This document shows positions 29,473 through 39,798 of a stretch of DNA of 64,000 bases, one piece after another. Every line of letters begins with the position of its first letter. Positions within the stretch are counted from its first letter, which is position 1. Position numbers and translations under genes: made by a program. The notes beneath the pieces were generated by a model, which was not told the origin of the DNA, searched no databases, and saw nothing but the letters and a program-made list of their open reading frames with translations. Source of the DNA: an uncultured Rivularia sp. (GTDB lineage Bacteria > Cyanobacteriota > Cyanobacteriia > Cyanobacteriales > Nostocaceae); the NCBI GenBank assembly GCA_963665115.1, contig OY762007.1, forward strand, positions 1,440,001 through 1,504,000, written 5' to 3'.

Positions 29473-30663
29473 TTATCTCGTTTTCAAATCAGCAAGAAAC
29501 CGGGTTTCTTTGGCTTGTTGAGAATGGTGTAAGATATCAGATAAACCAACTTTTTCTTTGTGGATTGATGTTTGACTTATTTTGTTAGATGCTTGCTTTA
29601 CTTCATTCGCAGTTAATAGCGCAGTCAGTGCATCGATAACATAGTTGCTTTCCGCAAAACTATCGGTAGCTTCTTCTTTAAAAAAGCGTTGCACCTTTTG
29701 CAATTCGGAAACTAAAGAATCTCTATCTCCTTGGATTACCAACTGTGCTAAGCGGTTATTAGTGTTTGCAAATCTAGCAATCGCGTTTCGTCTTTCTTCT
29801 GTTGTTAGGATGATATCGACAATCATTGGTGCAGACTGAGCAATTAAACGGCTAATAATGCCAATTTCTTGTCTATAAACGGGAGTAGAAAAATCTAAGC
29901 TTCTATCTATTTTGACAGCTTCTTCTGATAAAAAAGTACCTAAACTCAAGGTTGTAAAGTGGCGAATTGCTTGAACGATTACCATTATCTGGTCGTGTTC
30001 TTCCGATGTTGAAAAAATTAATTTACCACCTTCATTTTTAATCAAATCTAAAAACCATTGGAAACTTTCTTGCATCCGACCCGGACATACGATAATTTTT
30101 TGAGATAAGAAGGATTCAACCCCAGGAGCAAACATTGGATGTAAGCCAATTACAGCCCCGCTATGATGGGAAAGCATAGCTTGCAAAACCGGAGATTTAA
30201 TACTAGTTATATCGGCTAAAGCTGTTGTGGGAGAAAGATATTGAGAGGCTTTTTTAATTACTTCTAAAGTACAATCAATGGGAACGCAAATTAAAACTAA
30301 ATCTACTTGACTGAGTAAATATTCAGCTTTATCCCAATCGTCATTATCTAGGATATTAACATCATGTCCGGCAGTAAGTAATTGTTGAGAAAAAAAGCGT
30401 CCCATTGCGCCTTTTCCACCAATTACAGTTACCCGTCGCGGTTTTGTTAGGCTTAAAGTTGCTTTTTTACGAGCAAGAGCAGCGGTACAACCTACAACTA
30501 TATTTTGCCAAATTAAATTAGGAACACCAGCCTGTTGAAGCATTATTTGATAATTATGTAATGTTGTTTCTAAATCAAAGGTAGATGATTCATTTAAAGC
30601 CGCGATTCTTTTACCTAATAGCTGAATTATTTCTCGGTCAATTTGTCTAAGTTCTTGTTGCAT
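29473..30663 (-). CDS. tyrA: Chorismate mutase-like / prephenate dehydrogenase TyrA
   Basis: LRQIDREIIQLLGKR CM-like N-terminus; VIGGKGAMG, ADITSIK, GLHPMF, EEHDQIMVIVQAIRHF. Confidence 0.9.
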   Translation of the reverse strand: MQQELRQIDREIIQLLGKRIAALNESSTFDLETTLHNYQIMLQQAGVPNLIWQNIVVGCTAALARKKATLSLTKPRRVTVIGGKGAMGRFFSQQLLTAGHDVNILDNDDWDKAEYLLSQVDLVLICVPIDCTLEVIKKASQYLSPTTALADITSIKSPVLQAMLSHHSGAVIGLHPMFAPGVESFLSQKIIVCPGRMQESFQWFLDLIKNEGGKLIFSTSEEHDQIMVIVQAIRHFTTLSLGTFLSEEAVKIDRSLDFSTPVYRQEIGIISRLIAQSAPMIVDIILTTEERRNAIARFANTNNRLAQLVIQGDRDSLVSELQKVQRFFKEEATDSFAESNYVIDALTALLTANEVKQASNKISQTSIHKEKVGLSDILHHSQQAKETRFLADLKTR

Positions 30664-30901
30664 TTTATCAATTACCTAGTGATATTTATTATGAGTTATT
30701 CGCTAGCAGAAGATTTATAACAATAAACCGCAGAGAGCGCAGCGAAAAGTATGGTCTTGGGGGTTTCCCCCATGAAAAACTTTTCAAGACAGAGGAAGAA
30801 GTTTAAGAGAGATGGCTGTAAAAATCTTTTTTCTCTCCCCCTCTTCCTCCTCTCAATAAAATTCGTTAATCTTCTATTACTACAAAAGTAATTATTGACG
30901 T

Positions 30902-31498
30902 TTAAGAAACATCTTCAATTTCAGTTTGGACGGTTTCTTCAAATTTTACGGGTCCCATAGTAATAGGAAAGTTCCAGTAGGGATGAACGGATATTAACGC
31001 TTGATTTGGAACGTTTTTTGGTTGAGCTACGGAGTTGTTAAAGGTATTCTGTGGATATCGAAAACGAACTGATAATGCATATTTTGATTTGCGAGCAACT
31101 TTTGGTACAAAAAGAATAAACTCATCATCTTGGGGAGAGTCTGAAGAAAGATTGGGAGAAGCTTTGACTAATTCCGGACGGAGTAAACTTACAATAGTTC
31201 GAGCTTCATCATGAGTTGTTCTTTCAGGACTTTGGAAACCATGTTCGGAAATTTCATCTTCAATATTGAGGTTATATTCTGGAACGGAAGCATAATATTC
31301 ACTCAACATATCGGGACGAATTGGCGCTCCTCCTTTAATTGAATCATCAAAGATAAAATAGCCATTTACTTTATCACCGTTGAAATTAAATTTGTGTAGA
31401 GCAGCGTGGGCTGGGAGGTTAATCATAATTCCCTGAATCAAAAAGATTGCGACACCTAAAAATAATACAAATGTGATTTTTTGCCAGATTTTCATCAT
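30902..31498 (-). CDS. Secreted hypothetical protein, paralog A
   Basis: Signal peptide ending PAHA; ALHKFNFNGDKVNGYFIFDDS similar to the neighbouring gene. Confidence 0.75.
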   Translation of the reverse strand: MMKIWQKITFVLFLGVAIFLIQGIMINLPAHAALHKFNFNGDKVNGYFIFDDSIKGGAPIRPDMLSEYYASVPEYNLNIEDEISEHGFQSPERTTHDEARTIVSLLRPELVKASPNLSSDSPQDDEFILFVPKVARKSKYALSVRFRYPQNTFNNSVAQPKNVPNQALISVHPYWNFPITMGPVKFEETVQTEIEDVS

Positions 31499-31594
31499 TC
31501 TTTCTCCTATTAGTTAAAAATTAGATTCGTATCAATTATTGATAATCAAAGATACTTAGAGGGGAATTATTAATCTTGAATTCCCCTGAAATAA

Positions 31595-32200
31595 TTAATC
31601 GGAAATCTTTTCAATCTTAGTTTTCACTTGTCCCTTAAATAATGCTTTACCCAATGTTCTGGGGAAGTTTACTTTGGGAAATATTTCAACTTCAGCAGTA
31701 CTTGGAAAACTAGTTGGTAACTCAGTTGAACCATGAAACGTTTCTACTGGATACTTAAAATAACTTACCAAGGAATATTTCGACTTTGGCTGTCTTTCAA
31801 AACTGCGTACTTGTAATAGGAAAAGGTCCTTTGGTTCAAAATCTTGACGCTTCTCTTCTTTTCCGTATGCTTTATCGTGTTCTGCTTTGATTTTTGCTAG
31901 GGTTTTATCTTCTTTACGTGCTAACATCACTACCGCATTACTAACTGTTCCGTCGAAAACTCCTTTTTCACCTAAATCAATTTTGTAATCCCTTCCTCCA
32001 CCATAATATTGAGTCATATAAGGTGACTTTGTTTCACCTTTAGCAGAGTCATCATAAATCATGTAACCATCCACTCCTTCACCATTGAAAGTGAACTTGT
32101 ACATAGCAGCTTGAGCGGGAGTCGTGTTAAATGTTCCTTGAACTAGTAACACTGCAAAACTAATCGCAACCACAATAAATAATCTTTTCCAAAAAGCCAT
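31595..32200 (-). CDS. Secreted hypothetical protein, paralog B
   Basis: Signal peptide ending PAQA; AMYKFTFNGEGVDGYMIYDDS; shares SKY.L...F.YP and NFP...G...F...V.T.IE with paralog A. Confidence 0.75.
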   Translation of the reverse strand: MAFWKRLFIVVAISFAVLLVQGTFNTTPAQAAMYKFTFNGEGVDGYMIYDDSAKGETKSPYMTQYYGGGRDYKIDLGEKGVFDGTVSNAVVMLARKEDKTLAKIKAEHDKAYGKEEKRQDFEPKDLFLLQVRSFERQPKSKYSLVSYFKYPVETFHGSTELPTSFPSTAEVEIFPKVNFPRTLGKALFKGQVKTKIEKISD

Positions 32201-32504
32201 TTTCTTTATCTCCTGTAATCTTTTAATGATGGTGTGATGATATTTACTGACGTTTTATGCTCTGAAATAAAACATCTCTCTTTACCTCTTTCCTTCGCGC
32301 TCTCCGCGCTCTCTGCGGTTATTTAAAGTTTGTAGTAAGTGCTTTAGCGCTCCGAATTTCATACTACGAACCCATCAAAATTAATGTGGTATTGACAGTG
32401 GTATTTTTCATTAGTTCTGAGGGATTAATTATTGTTTATACATGAGGGTTTTAGCCCTAAATATTTGGCGCTAAAGCGCAACTACGAACTAATAATGAAA
32501 TAAA

Positions 32505-33257
32505 CTACTTACTTGTGCCTTCTAATTTTTTTAGATTGAGAATTTTTTCACTAGGCGACAATTCTTTTAGAGGTAAAATGTTATATTCCTCTTTAATATC
32601 TGCAAGAGGTCGATTCCACATCTCTTCCCAACGAATAGCCCAAAGAGGACGAGCAGCACGTCCGCGCTGCCAGCCTTCAAATAGCGCTTCTAAGGCTAAA
32701 TCTAGTTGCTTTGTTTCCACGGTTGCAAAGTGCAGAACCAACGCAGTCATCAAAAACGTTTGGTAAACTGTTGCTCCTTGACCGTGATAAAAACCTTGAA
32801 GCGCTAATTCTCCCAGCGTATCGGCATTGTAACCAGTAACAACGTGCCAGATATCATGAGTTTGCATCTTACGCAGTTTGATATAGCTTGCGTCATCGGG
32901 GGATTCAAAAGCGGTATAGTCATAAGCGGGAATACCGTTTGCAATCATGTGATGATAATAAACATAGCCCAAACTACCCGGAGGACATTGATTTTTGAGG
33001 TCTTCTAATCTATACTCAGGTCCAAAATAGCGTTGCTCAATCATCTCTGCCATTCCGGGACTAAGACGCAATTGCTCAACGTATTCGCAAGTTTGTATTT
33101 CTTCCAAATGTCTTGTAACTTCTTCGAGCTTGAAATAATCTTGCAGTTCTGAATCGTTAGGATTTGCTGCTATAGATAAAAAAGCTCTGATAAAATTGGG
33201 GTCGTTGAGTAGAGATTGCGAATTGGGTAGGATACTAATTTTCTCTGTTATCTGCAT
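32505..33257 (-). CDS. Coq4-family protein
   Basis: PPGSLGYVY and the metal-binding HDIWH-x11-E motif (THDIWHVVTGYNADTLGE); C-terminal RWEEMWNRPLADIKEEYNI. Confidence 0.85.
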   Translation of the reverse strand: MQITEKISILPNSQSLLNDPNFIRAFLSIAANPNDSELQDYFKLEEVTRHLEEIQTCEYVEQLRLSPGMAEMIEQRYFGPEYRLEDLKNQCPPGSLGYVYYHHMIANGIPAYDYTAFESPDDASYIKLRKMQTHDIWHVVTGYNADTLGELALQGFYHGQGATVYQTFLMTALVLHFATVETKQLDLALEALFEGWQRGRAARPLWAIRWEEMWNRPLADIKEEYNILPLKELSPSEKILNLKKLEGTSK

Positions 33258-33301
33258 AAAAACTCCTTTGAAGATACGAGTAGATGTGAATTGGAATTAA
33301 C

Positions 33302-33344
33302 GGTGACTGGGAAAAATTAGAAATTACTTTTGTACCCAGTCACC
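33302..33344. other. Intergenic stem-loop
   Basis: GGTGACTGGG...CCCAGTCACC perfect 10-bp inverted repeat. Confidence 0.6.
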
Positions 33345-33364
33345 AAAAATATCTAAAAATATGC

Positions 33365-34492
33365 TTAATGAGTCAGAAGAATCCTTTCCTGGGGTTGGGA
33401 AAAGCTCACTCCAGGAGCAGGGGCTGGTCCTAATGCAACATCACCCCAGCGCATTACGCTTGCACCGGCATTTGATGAGGAACCCATTGTATAAACAAGA
33501 ACTAAATCATTTTCTCGAATCTTACGGGATTCAGCGGCGTGATAAAGGTTCGCAATCGGAAATGTCGGCCCAATATTTGCATACAGGGGATTGAGGTTAA
33601 TTGTGCGGTCTGGGTCTATTCCTAATGCACGAGTACAAACTCTGGAATACCAAGCGCTGGGAGTGTTGAAGGCAAAAAAGTCAATTTCATCTAAGCTGAC
33701 ATCAGCAGCCGCAATCGCGCCATGACAGCACAACCGAATAAACTTGACTGTGGTTTCGTTAAACATTTTGCTTGCCCCTTTACCACCACGGATGAACATT
33801 TTAATGTTGCCTTGCTCGTCAGTGGTGAATTCGTTGTAAAAGGCACCGCAGGTAGCAGCGGTATTCGCAATTTTACTACCCAACACTCCCTGGTTTTCTT
33901 TTAAACTACCAACTACAAACGCTCCCGCACCATCACCCGATAAAAATGCCAGGGTATCATTTTCGTCAGTATAGCGAGAGTAAGTAGTTGAAACCACTAC
34001 CAAAACATTGCGGTATTCTCCCGTTCTGACCAGGGAGCAAGCAGTCTGGAGCGAAACTAACGCCGAAGTGCAGGTTGATTCTATATTCCATGCCGCATTT
34101 TGCAACCCTAATTTACCCGCGAGGAAAGCAGCATTCCCTGGTGTAACTTGTTCGGGAAACAGGGAAGTAACCAACATCAAATCAACATCTTCGGGTGCCA
34201 GCTTTGCCGCTTCGAGTGCATCCATCGCCGCGCGGTATTCTAGAGAAAGCGAGGTTTCATCCTCAGCTACCACCCGCCTTTCTACCGTACCGCGAAACGG
34301 GTCTGACATATAGGGTGCTAGTTCTTGCGACCAGATATCTGTGGAGCCGTCGGGTGCAAATAATCTTGCTAAAGTCTTCTTTTCGGCTACAGCCACCATC
34401 TCCGGATAATTCTCTCGATAATAATCGTTAGTGCGGATGATGCTGGGAAAATTAACGGCGATCGCCCGAATGCCAACTGGTTGTAAGTTCAT
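33365..34492 (-). CDS. FabH/KAS III-like enzyme, furanolide synthase (CybF-like)
   Basis: NIESTCTSAL catalytic Cys, GDGAGAFVV, FNTP replacing the usual His, YANIG; cluster context. Confidence 0.85.
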   Translation of the reverse strand: MNLQPVGIRAIAVNFPSIIRTNDYYRENYPEMVAVAEKKTLARLFAPDGSTDIWSQELAPYMSDPFRGTVERRVVAEDETSLSLEYRAAMDALEAAKLAPEDVDLMLVTSLFPEQVTPGNAAFLAGKLGLQNAAWNIESTCTSALVSLQTACSLVRTGEYRNVLVVVSTTYSRYTDENDTLAFLSGDGAGAFVVGSLKENQGVLGSKIANTAATCGAFYNEFTTDEQGNIKMFIRGGKGASKMFNETTVKFIRLCCHGAIAAADVSLDEIDFFAFNTPSAWYSRVCTRALGIDPDRTINLNPLYANIGPTFPIANLYHAAESRKIRENDLVLVYTMGSSSNAGASVMRWGDVALGPAPAPGVSFSQPQERILLTH

Positions 34493-34581
34493 GATTTTTC
34501 TCCTTTAAATTTAATAGCTATCGGTAAATGAGGTATTGATCCAAACGGTTTAAGTCCCCCACCATGCGCCGCGATAACTGT

Positions 34582-36345
34582 TCACTGTTCGCTGTTAGCT
34601 GAAATAGCTCCTTGTTGGATGAGGCTGCGAATTCTAGCACCAATGGGAGCGGGTTGTGTGGGGTCTAAATTAATGTCAATTACAAAGGGAACTGTGGCAG
34701 CAAGGGCTGTTATTAAGGCTGCTTCGAGTTCCGACTCTCGGTCAACGCGGATACCGTCTGCACCCATTCCCCGCGCTAACTGAACAAAATTTGTACTCGG
34801 TATTTCAGTATCCACCCCTGTAAATCCTTGTAAATTCATACCTTGGGCGCACATATTGTAGCGTCCGTCATTAAGTACAATCCACACGGCAGGAATTTTG
34901 AATCGAACTGCGGTACTGACTTCGCTATTCATCAACATTGCACCGTCTCCCACAATGGCAACAGCTTTACCATTCCTTCCCCAAGCCGCTCCGACTACTC
35001 CGGTAACGGCATGACCCATTGCTCCCACACCAGTACTAATTCGGTAGCGCCCCGGTTGTTTAAAGCACAGTCGATTAGTTGCCCAAGCAAAGGAATTTCC
35101 GGCTTCAGCCAAGATTACAGCATCGCTACCATCAACGATAACCTGTTGAATTGTATCCATTAAAACTTCCGGTCTGACTAAACCATTATGGGAAGAAATC
35201 TGTTTTTGCTCTGGATGGGGCAGTGTTGGTAAATTTCCAGGACGTAGGGGAAAGTGAGATAATAGAGATTTCAGAAAAGCTTTGACTTCCGATTGAATTG
35301 AGAAAATTGATGCTTCCGGGTAAGCAACTCCAGGTACTTCCGGGTCAATATCTACATGGATAAACCCACCAGCAGGTACCATTTGCGGATTCCAGAACGA
35401 AGTTGGTTCTCCCAAACGGGTTCCCAAAACCAGGATGCGATGGGGTTGCTGCTCCTGCATATATGCGAGAACAGAACTATGACCGCTAAACCCAGTCACA
35501 CCGACAAATTGCGGATGATTTTCGGGAAAAACGCCTTTAGCACGGGGAGAACACATCACCGCAGCCCCAGTACGCTCCGCTAATTCGCGAATTTCCGCAG
35601 CTGCACCTCTAGCACCGAAACCAACCCAAATTGCAAAGGGTTCCTGAGAAAGTAAGCGCACGCATTCAACAGTTGTATGTTCGCTAGGGGCTAATTCCCC
35701 ACAAGTAAACCCAGTTTGGTACTTTACCGCGCATGGTGTAGTTTGAATTGGAGTCGGAATACTGATATGGGCAACAAAACCCCCCGGTTGGGATAAACCT
35801 CGTGCCAATCGTCGGGAAATTTCCGGGATTTCATCTCCATTCTCCACAATCGTAGCGTAGTTAAATAATGCTCCAGGGGTAAACAAACCCGAAATCGGCA
35901 TAGTATGAGCGCTTGTTTCTTGACAAGCCCAACGTCCGCGATTTCCCGTTGCAGTTGCCGCAGAGATTAGAATTACCTTGGCACCTTCTCCCCTAGCAGC
36001 CAACAATCCAGTCAGTACATTAGTGATACCCGGACCCGTAGTAACGAATACTACCACCGGACGATTGCTAGCAAAGTAAGCTTCACAAGCTGCAAAAGCT
36101 GCTCCCGACTCGTGGCGAAAATGGAGAACTTGAATATTGCTGCGGTTGAGCGCTGCCCAAAGTGGTCCAATACCACCTCCAGAAACACCGAATGCAGATT
36201 CCACCCCCATATCTTCCAACATTTTGACCGCAGTTTCTCCAACTGTCAGTTGAGTTGGTGTTAATTGGGTGATTTGTTCATTTCCAGGTGGGGAGAAAAT
36301 TGAAGATGTAGATGATTTTGTAATTTGATACGATTTGGTATTCAT
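34582..36345 (-). CDS. ThDP-dependent acyloin synthase (CybE/ScyA-related)
   Basis: RHESGAAFAA, TTGPGITN, ThDP motif GDGAMLM...VLND. Confidence 0.88.
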   Translation of the reverse strand: MNTKSYQITKSSTSSIFSPPGNEQITQLTPTQLTVGETAVKMLEDMGVESAFGVSGGGIGPLWAALNRSNIQVLHFRHESGAAFAACEAYFASNRPVVVFVTTGPGITNVLTGLLAARGEGAKVILISAATATGNRGRWACQETSAHTMPISGLFTPGALFNYATIVENGDEIPEISRRLARGLSQPGGFVAHISIPTPIQTTPCAVKYQTGFTCGELAPSEHTTVECVRLLSQEPFAIWVGFGARGAAAEIRELAERTGAAVMCSPRAKGVFPENHPQFVGVTGFSGHSSVLAYMQEQQPHRILVLGTRLGEPTSFWNPQMVPAGGFIHVDIDPEVPGVAYPEASIFSIQSEVKAFLKSLLSHFPLRPGNLPTLPHPEQKQISSHNGLVRPEVLMDTIQQVIVDGSDAVILAEAGNSFAWATNRLCFKQPGRYRISTGVGAMGHAVTGVVGAAWGRNGKAVAIVGDGAMLMNSEVSTAVRFKIPAVWIVLNDGRYNMCAQGMNLQGFTGVDTEIPSTNFVQLARGMGADGIRVDRESELEAALITALAATVPFVIDINLDPTQPAPIGARIRSLIQQGAISANSEQ

Positions 36346-36354
36346 GTTTTTAAT

Positions 36355-36405
36355 TAGTAATTGGGGATTGGGGATTGGTAATTGGTAATTGGTAATTGGT
36401 AATTG
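36355..36405. repeat. STRR heptamer repeat (TTGGGGA/TTGGTAA)
   Basis: ttggggattgggattggtaattggtaattggtaattggtaatt. Confidence 0.8.
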
Positions 36406-36487
36406 TTACTCACTTCTGGCTTTAAGCCGACCTATTTTTCTCTATCTCTCCAACTCTTTCCTCTGCGGTTTTTTTAATCAGTAATCA

Positions 36488-38038
36488 TCAGAGCGGAAGC
36501 AGTAATTGGGAATTGGTAATCGCACATTCTTGCTGGCGCAAAAATCTTTTCATCACCTTCCCCGTCGGATTTTTTGGTAGTGAATTAACAAATTGAATTT
36601 TTTGGGGAATTTTATATGCTGCCATTCTTTGATTGCAAAACTGAATTATTTCTAATTCGCTAATTTGACTGTTGGCTTTGCAGACAATATTGGCTTTAAC
36701 TATTTCCCCTTTAATCGCATCGGGAACTCCATAAATTGCAACTTCTGCAACTGCATGATGTTGGTAAATTACATTTTCTACTTCTGTAGGATATACTTTA
36801 AACCCAGAAACATTAACCATATCTTTTAAACGGTCGGCAATGTAGAAAAAGCCTTCTTCATCCATACGACCAATATCACCACTATGCAGCCAGCCATTTT
36901 TAATTACTTCTTGAGTTTCTTCAAGACGCTTCCAATAACCGAGCATGACATTGGGACCTTTAATAATTATCTCCCCCAATTCTCCCGGTGATACCTGATT
37001 TCCATCACTATCAACAACTTGCATTTGGACATTTTCGATAGGCATTCCAATGGAACCAAACTTATATTTTAAATTGTGGTTATAGCTAGCGCAGGGTGAT
37101 GCTTCTGTTAAACCGTATCCTTCATGAATCACTTTTTTATACTTTTCTTGCCACATACGAGCAATTTCTACGGGCATGGGAGCGGCAGCGCTAAAATAAT
37201 AACGCAAGCTGCTAAAGTTATATTTAGAAGTGTCTTGATTCAGCAATCGGATAAATACAGTTGGTACTCCAAAAAACATTGTTACCTGATATTTATCAAT
37301 GCTTTCTAAAGCTACTTCTAATTCAAATCTTCTTTGTAAAATGATAGTCGCACAAACATTTAATCCAGCGTTGAAAATTGCATTTTGACCGAAGCAATGA
37401 AACAAAGGTACATATAGCAGCAATCTATCATGTTGATTCATCCCAGAACAGCGATTGTGTGCGGAGATATTAGAAATAATATTACCGTGGGAAAGAGTTG
37501 CACCTTTAGGAAAACCCGTAGTTCCAGAAGTATAGACAATACTAGCAGGAGAATCCCATTCCATCTCTACAGCGCGAGCTATGGGAGAAGCATTTTCAAT
37601 CAAAGCTGTAAATTCGATATCTTTATCTTTCTCTACCGTACCCTCAGCAATCAAAATATGCTGTAAATGAGGTAAATCGCTATCAACTAAGTGCAAACGT
37701 CCCGATGCTGTGGTCACAATTGCTTTAGCAGTACAATCATTCAGAACATAACTAACCTCAGCCGACTTAAACATTACATTCAGGGAAACTGCAATCGCGC
37801 CAATTTTCAAAATTCCTAAATAGGCAATAGCAAACTCCGGTATATTTGGCAAGAACAAAGCAACGCGATCGCCTTTTTCAATCCCCAATCCCCGCAATGC
37901 ATTAGCTGTACGATTAACTAATTGGTCAAAATGCTTGTAGGTATAAAACTTATCTTCGTAAATTATTGCGGTCTTGTTGGGAAATAGCCGATGACCGCGT
38001 TCGACATGATGTGCGATATTCATAATTTTAAAGGTCAA
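36488..38038 (-). CDS. Acyl/aryl-CoA ligase (4-coumarate-CoA ligase / CybC-like)
   Basis: YTSGTTGFPKG, EGYGLTE, HSGDIG, DRLKDMV, PKNPTGK; true start may be MNIAHH at 38023. Confidence 0.92.
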   Translation of the reverse strand: MTFKIMNIAHHVERGHRLFPNKTAIIYEDKFYTYKHFDQLVNRTANALRGLGIEKGDRVALFLPNIPEFAIAYLGILKIGAIAVSLNVMFKSAEVSYVLNDCTAKAIVTTASGRLHLVDSDLPHLQHILIAEGTVEKDKDIEFTALIENASPIARAVEMEWDSPASIVYTSGTTGFPKGATLSHGNIISNISAHNRCSGMNQHDRLLLYVPLFHCFGQNAIFNAGLNVCATIILQRRFELEVALESIDKYQVTMFFGVPTVFIRLLNQDTSKYNFSSLRYYFSAAAPMPVEIARMWQEKYKKVIHEGYGLTEASPCASYNHNLKYKFGSIGMPIENVQMQVVDSDGNQVSPGELGEIIIKGPNVMLGYWKRLEETQEVIKNGWLHSGDIGRMDEEGFFYIADRLKDMVNVSGFKVYPTEVENVIYQHHAVAEVAIYGVPDAIKGEIVKANIVCKANSQISELEIIQFCNQRMAAYKIPQKIQFVNSLPKNPTGKVMKRFLRQQECAITNSQLLLPL

Positions 38039-38048
38039 AGGTTGAAGG

Positions 38049-39765
38049 TTAAAGGTTAACTGATTTCAAAGCGGATAAAACTTCTGAGATTGCAGTAACA
38101 ATTTGTCCGCCACGAGTAACATCGTCAGCAATTTTACTAATATGAGAATCTAAACCTTGCTCGTTGTCATCCCATATATAAGGACGTTCTTTACTTGGTG
38201 GTCTGCCAACAACATTCCGAACTGCCATGTATAAATCTTGAGTAGCGGGTGATAAAGTTGCACGAGCATCATAATGTCCCGCAACTGCATAGGTACGCAA
38301 ATCCACCGATTGCACCCCAAACATCAAAGCTAAAGCGATATATTGTTGAAAAATCTCTACACTGGTTCGCGCTAAATTAGCTGAAGCAAACCCCTGACTA
38401 TTAATATTCTGGTTGTATTGTTCTGCATGGGTAGGAAATCTGTCAGCAATAGAATTTCCATAGAAGGTTAACAAAGGCATAATCGAATTACCAGTAATTT
38501 GCAATCCCTTTAAACCCATATTCACAGTACGCTGTTGATTTCCAACTAGGGACGGAGACAATCCATTATTAAACTCCGGAGCCACTAAATAAGCGATTTG
38601 TACATCTAAATGTTTGGCTAACATTCCAATGTGATAGCGCAATCTATCCATTCCCACACCAATGTACTGTCCCAGAAAATTGCCCCCATGATAACTAGCT
38701 TGATTTTCTACATCAATTAACGGGTTATCGGTGACAGAATTTATTTCTATCTCCACCTGTTTGGCAATATCTTCGATACCGTCTACAATCGGTCCCATAT
38801 ACTGTGCCAGACAGCGTAATGAATAACGATCCTGAATGGGATTTTTACCTCGATAATTGTGGGAACCATCTAACTCATCGCGAATTAACCCAGAAACCTG
38901 CCAACAATTCCAGCATTTGGGAAGCAGCCCAAACTTGCCCGGAATGGGGTTTTAGTTTATGAATATATTCGTGAAAAGATTGATTAGTACCTTCCAAACC
39001 TTGAATTGTTAAAGCATGGGTTCCGACGCTCAAAGCTAATAAAATTCTCGTATCTTGGACGCAATTAGCCGCAATTCCAGTCATTACAGAAGTCCCATTC
39101 ATCATTGCTAATCCTTCCTTGGGAAGTAATTGCAACGGCTCTAAACCCAGCTTTTGCAGTGCTGTTGGTGCATCCATTTCTTCACCGTCAAAATCTACGA
39201 TGTAGCTGGAATTTAAACCAATTAATGCTCCAGAAATATACGCTAAAGGTGTTAAATCCCCACTAGCACCAATCGAACCAAATTCGGGTACATGAGGAGT
39301 AACACCAGCATTTAAGAATATCAGCATCCGCTTGATGAGTTCCAGACGAATACCCGATGCACCAGCAACGTGAGAGTTAGCACGTAACAGCATCGCAGCC
39401 CGAACATCAGCTAGAGGTAACTTGTTTCCCGCACCCACCTTGTGATAGCACATCAAATTATTTTGTAGTAAAGTCGCAGATTCCGGCGAAATTACCACAT
39501 TTGCCATCCCACCAAAACCAGTAGTCACCCCATAAATTGGCTCCCCCGATTCAACAGCATCGCGGATAAAATCGCAGGATGCTTGAACATTGGCTAATTT
39601 TTCCAGATTTTCAGTTAAACGTACCCGTACTCCATAACGCGCTACACTTACCACTTCCTCAATCGTAAGTTGGCGATCGCCAACAATTACCGCAGCATCC
39701 GAATTATTTAAAAAAGTAAACTGTTTTGAGGAGACATTGTTTTGAGTTAAGCGAGTTGCATCCAT
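38049..39765 (-). CDS. MIO-dependent aromatic amino acid ammonia-lyase, probably tyrosine ammonia-lyase (CybB-like); +1 frameshift at ~38894-38896
   Basis: GSIGASGDL (ASG/MIO), IYGVTTGFG, close to cyanobacterial PALs; YH at the selectivity positions (LMCYHKVG) instead of PAL FL; removing one base restores GSGLIRDELDG...QDRYSLRC and joins both ORFs. Confidence 0.88.
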
Positions 39766-39798
39766 GTTGTTGACCTAATATTTTTTACAAGAGAGGTT

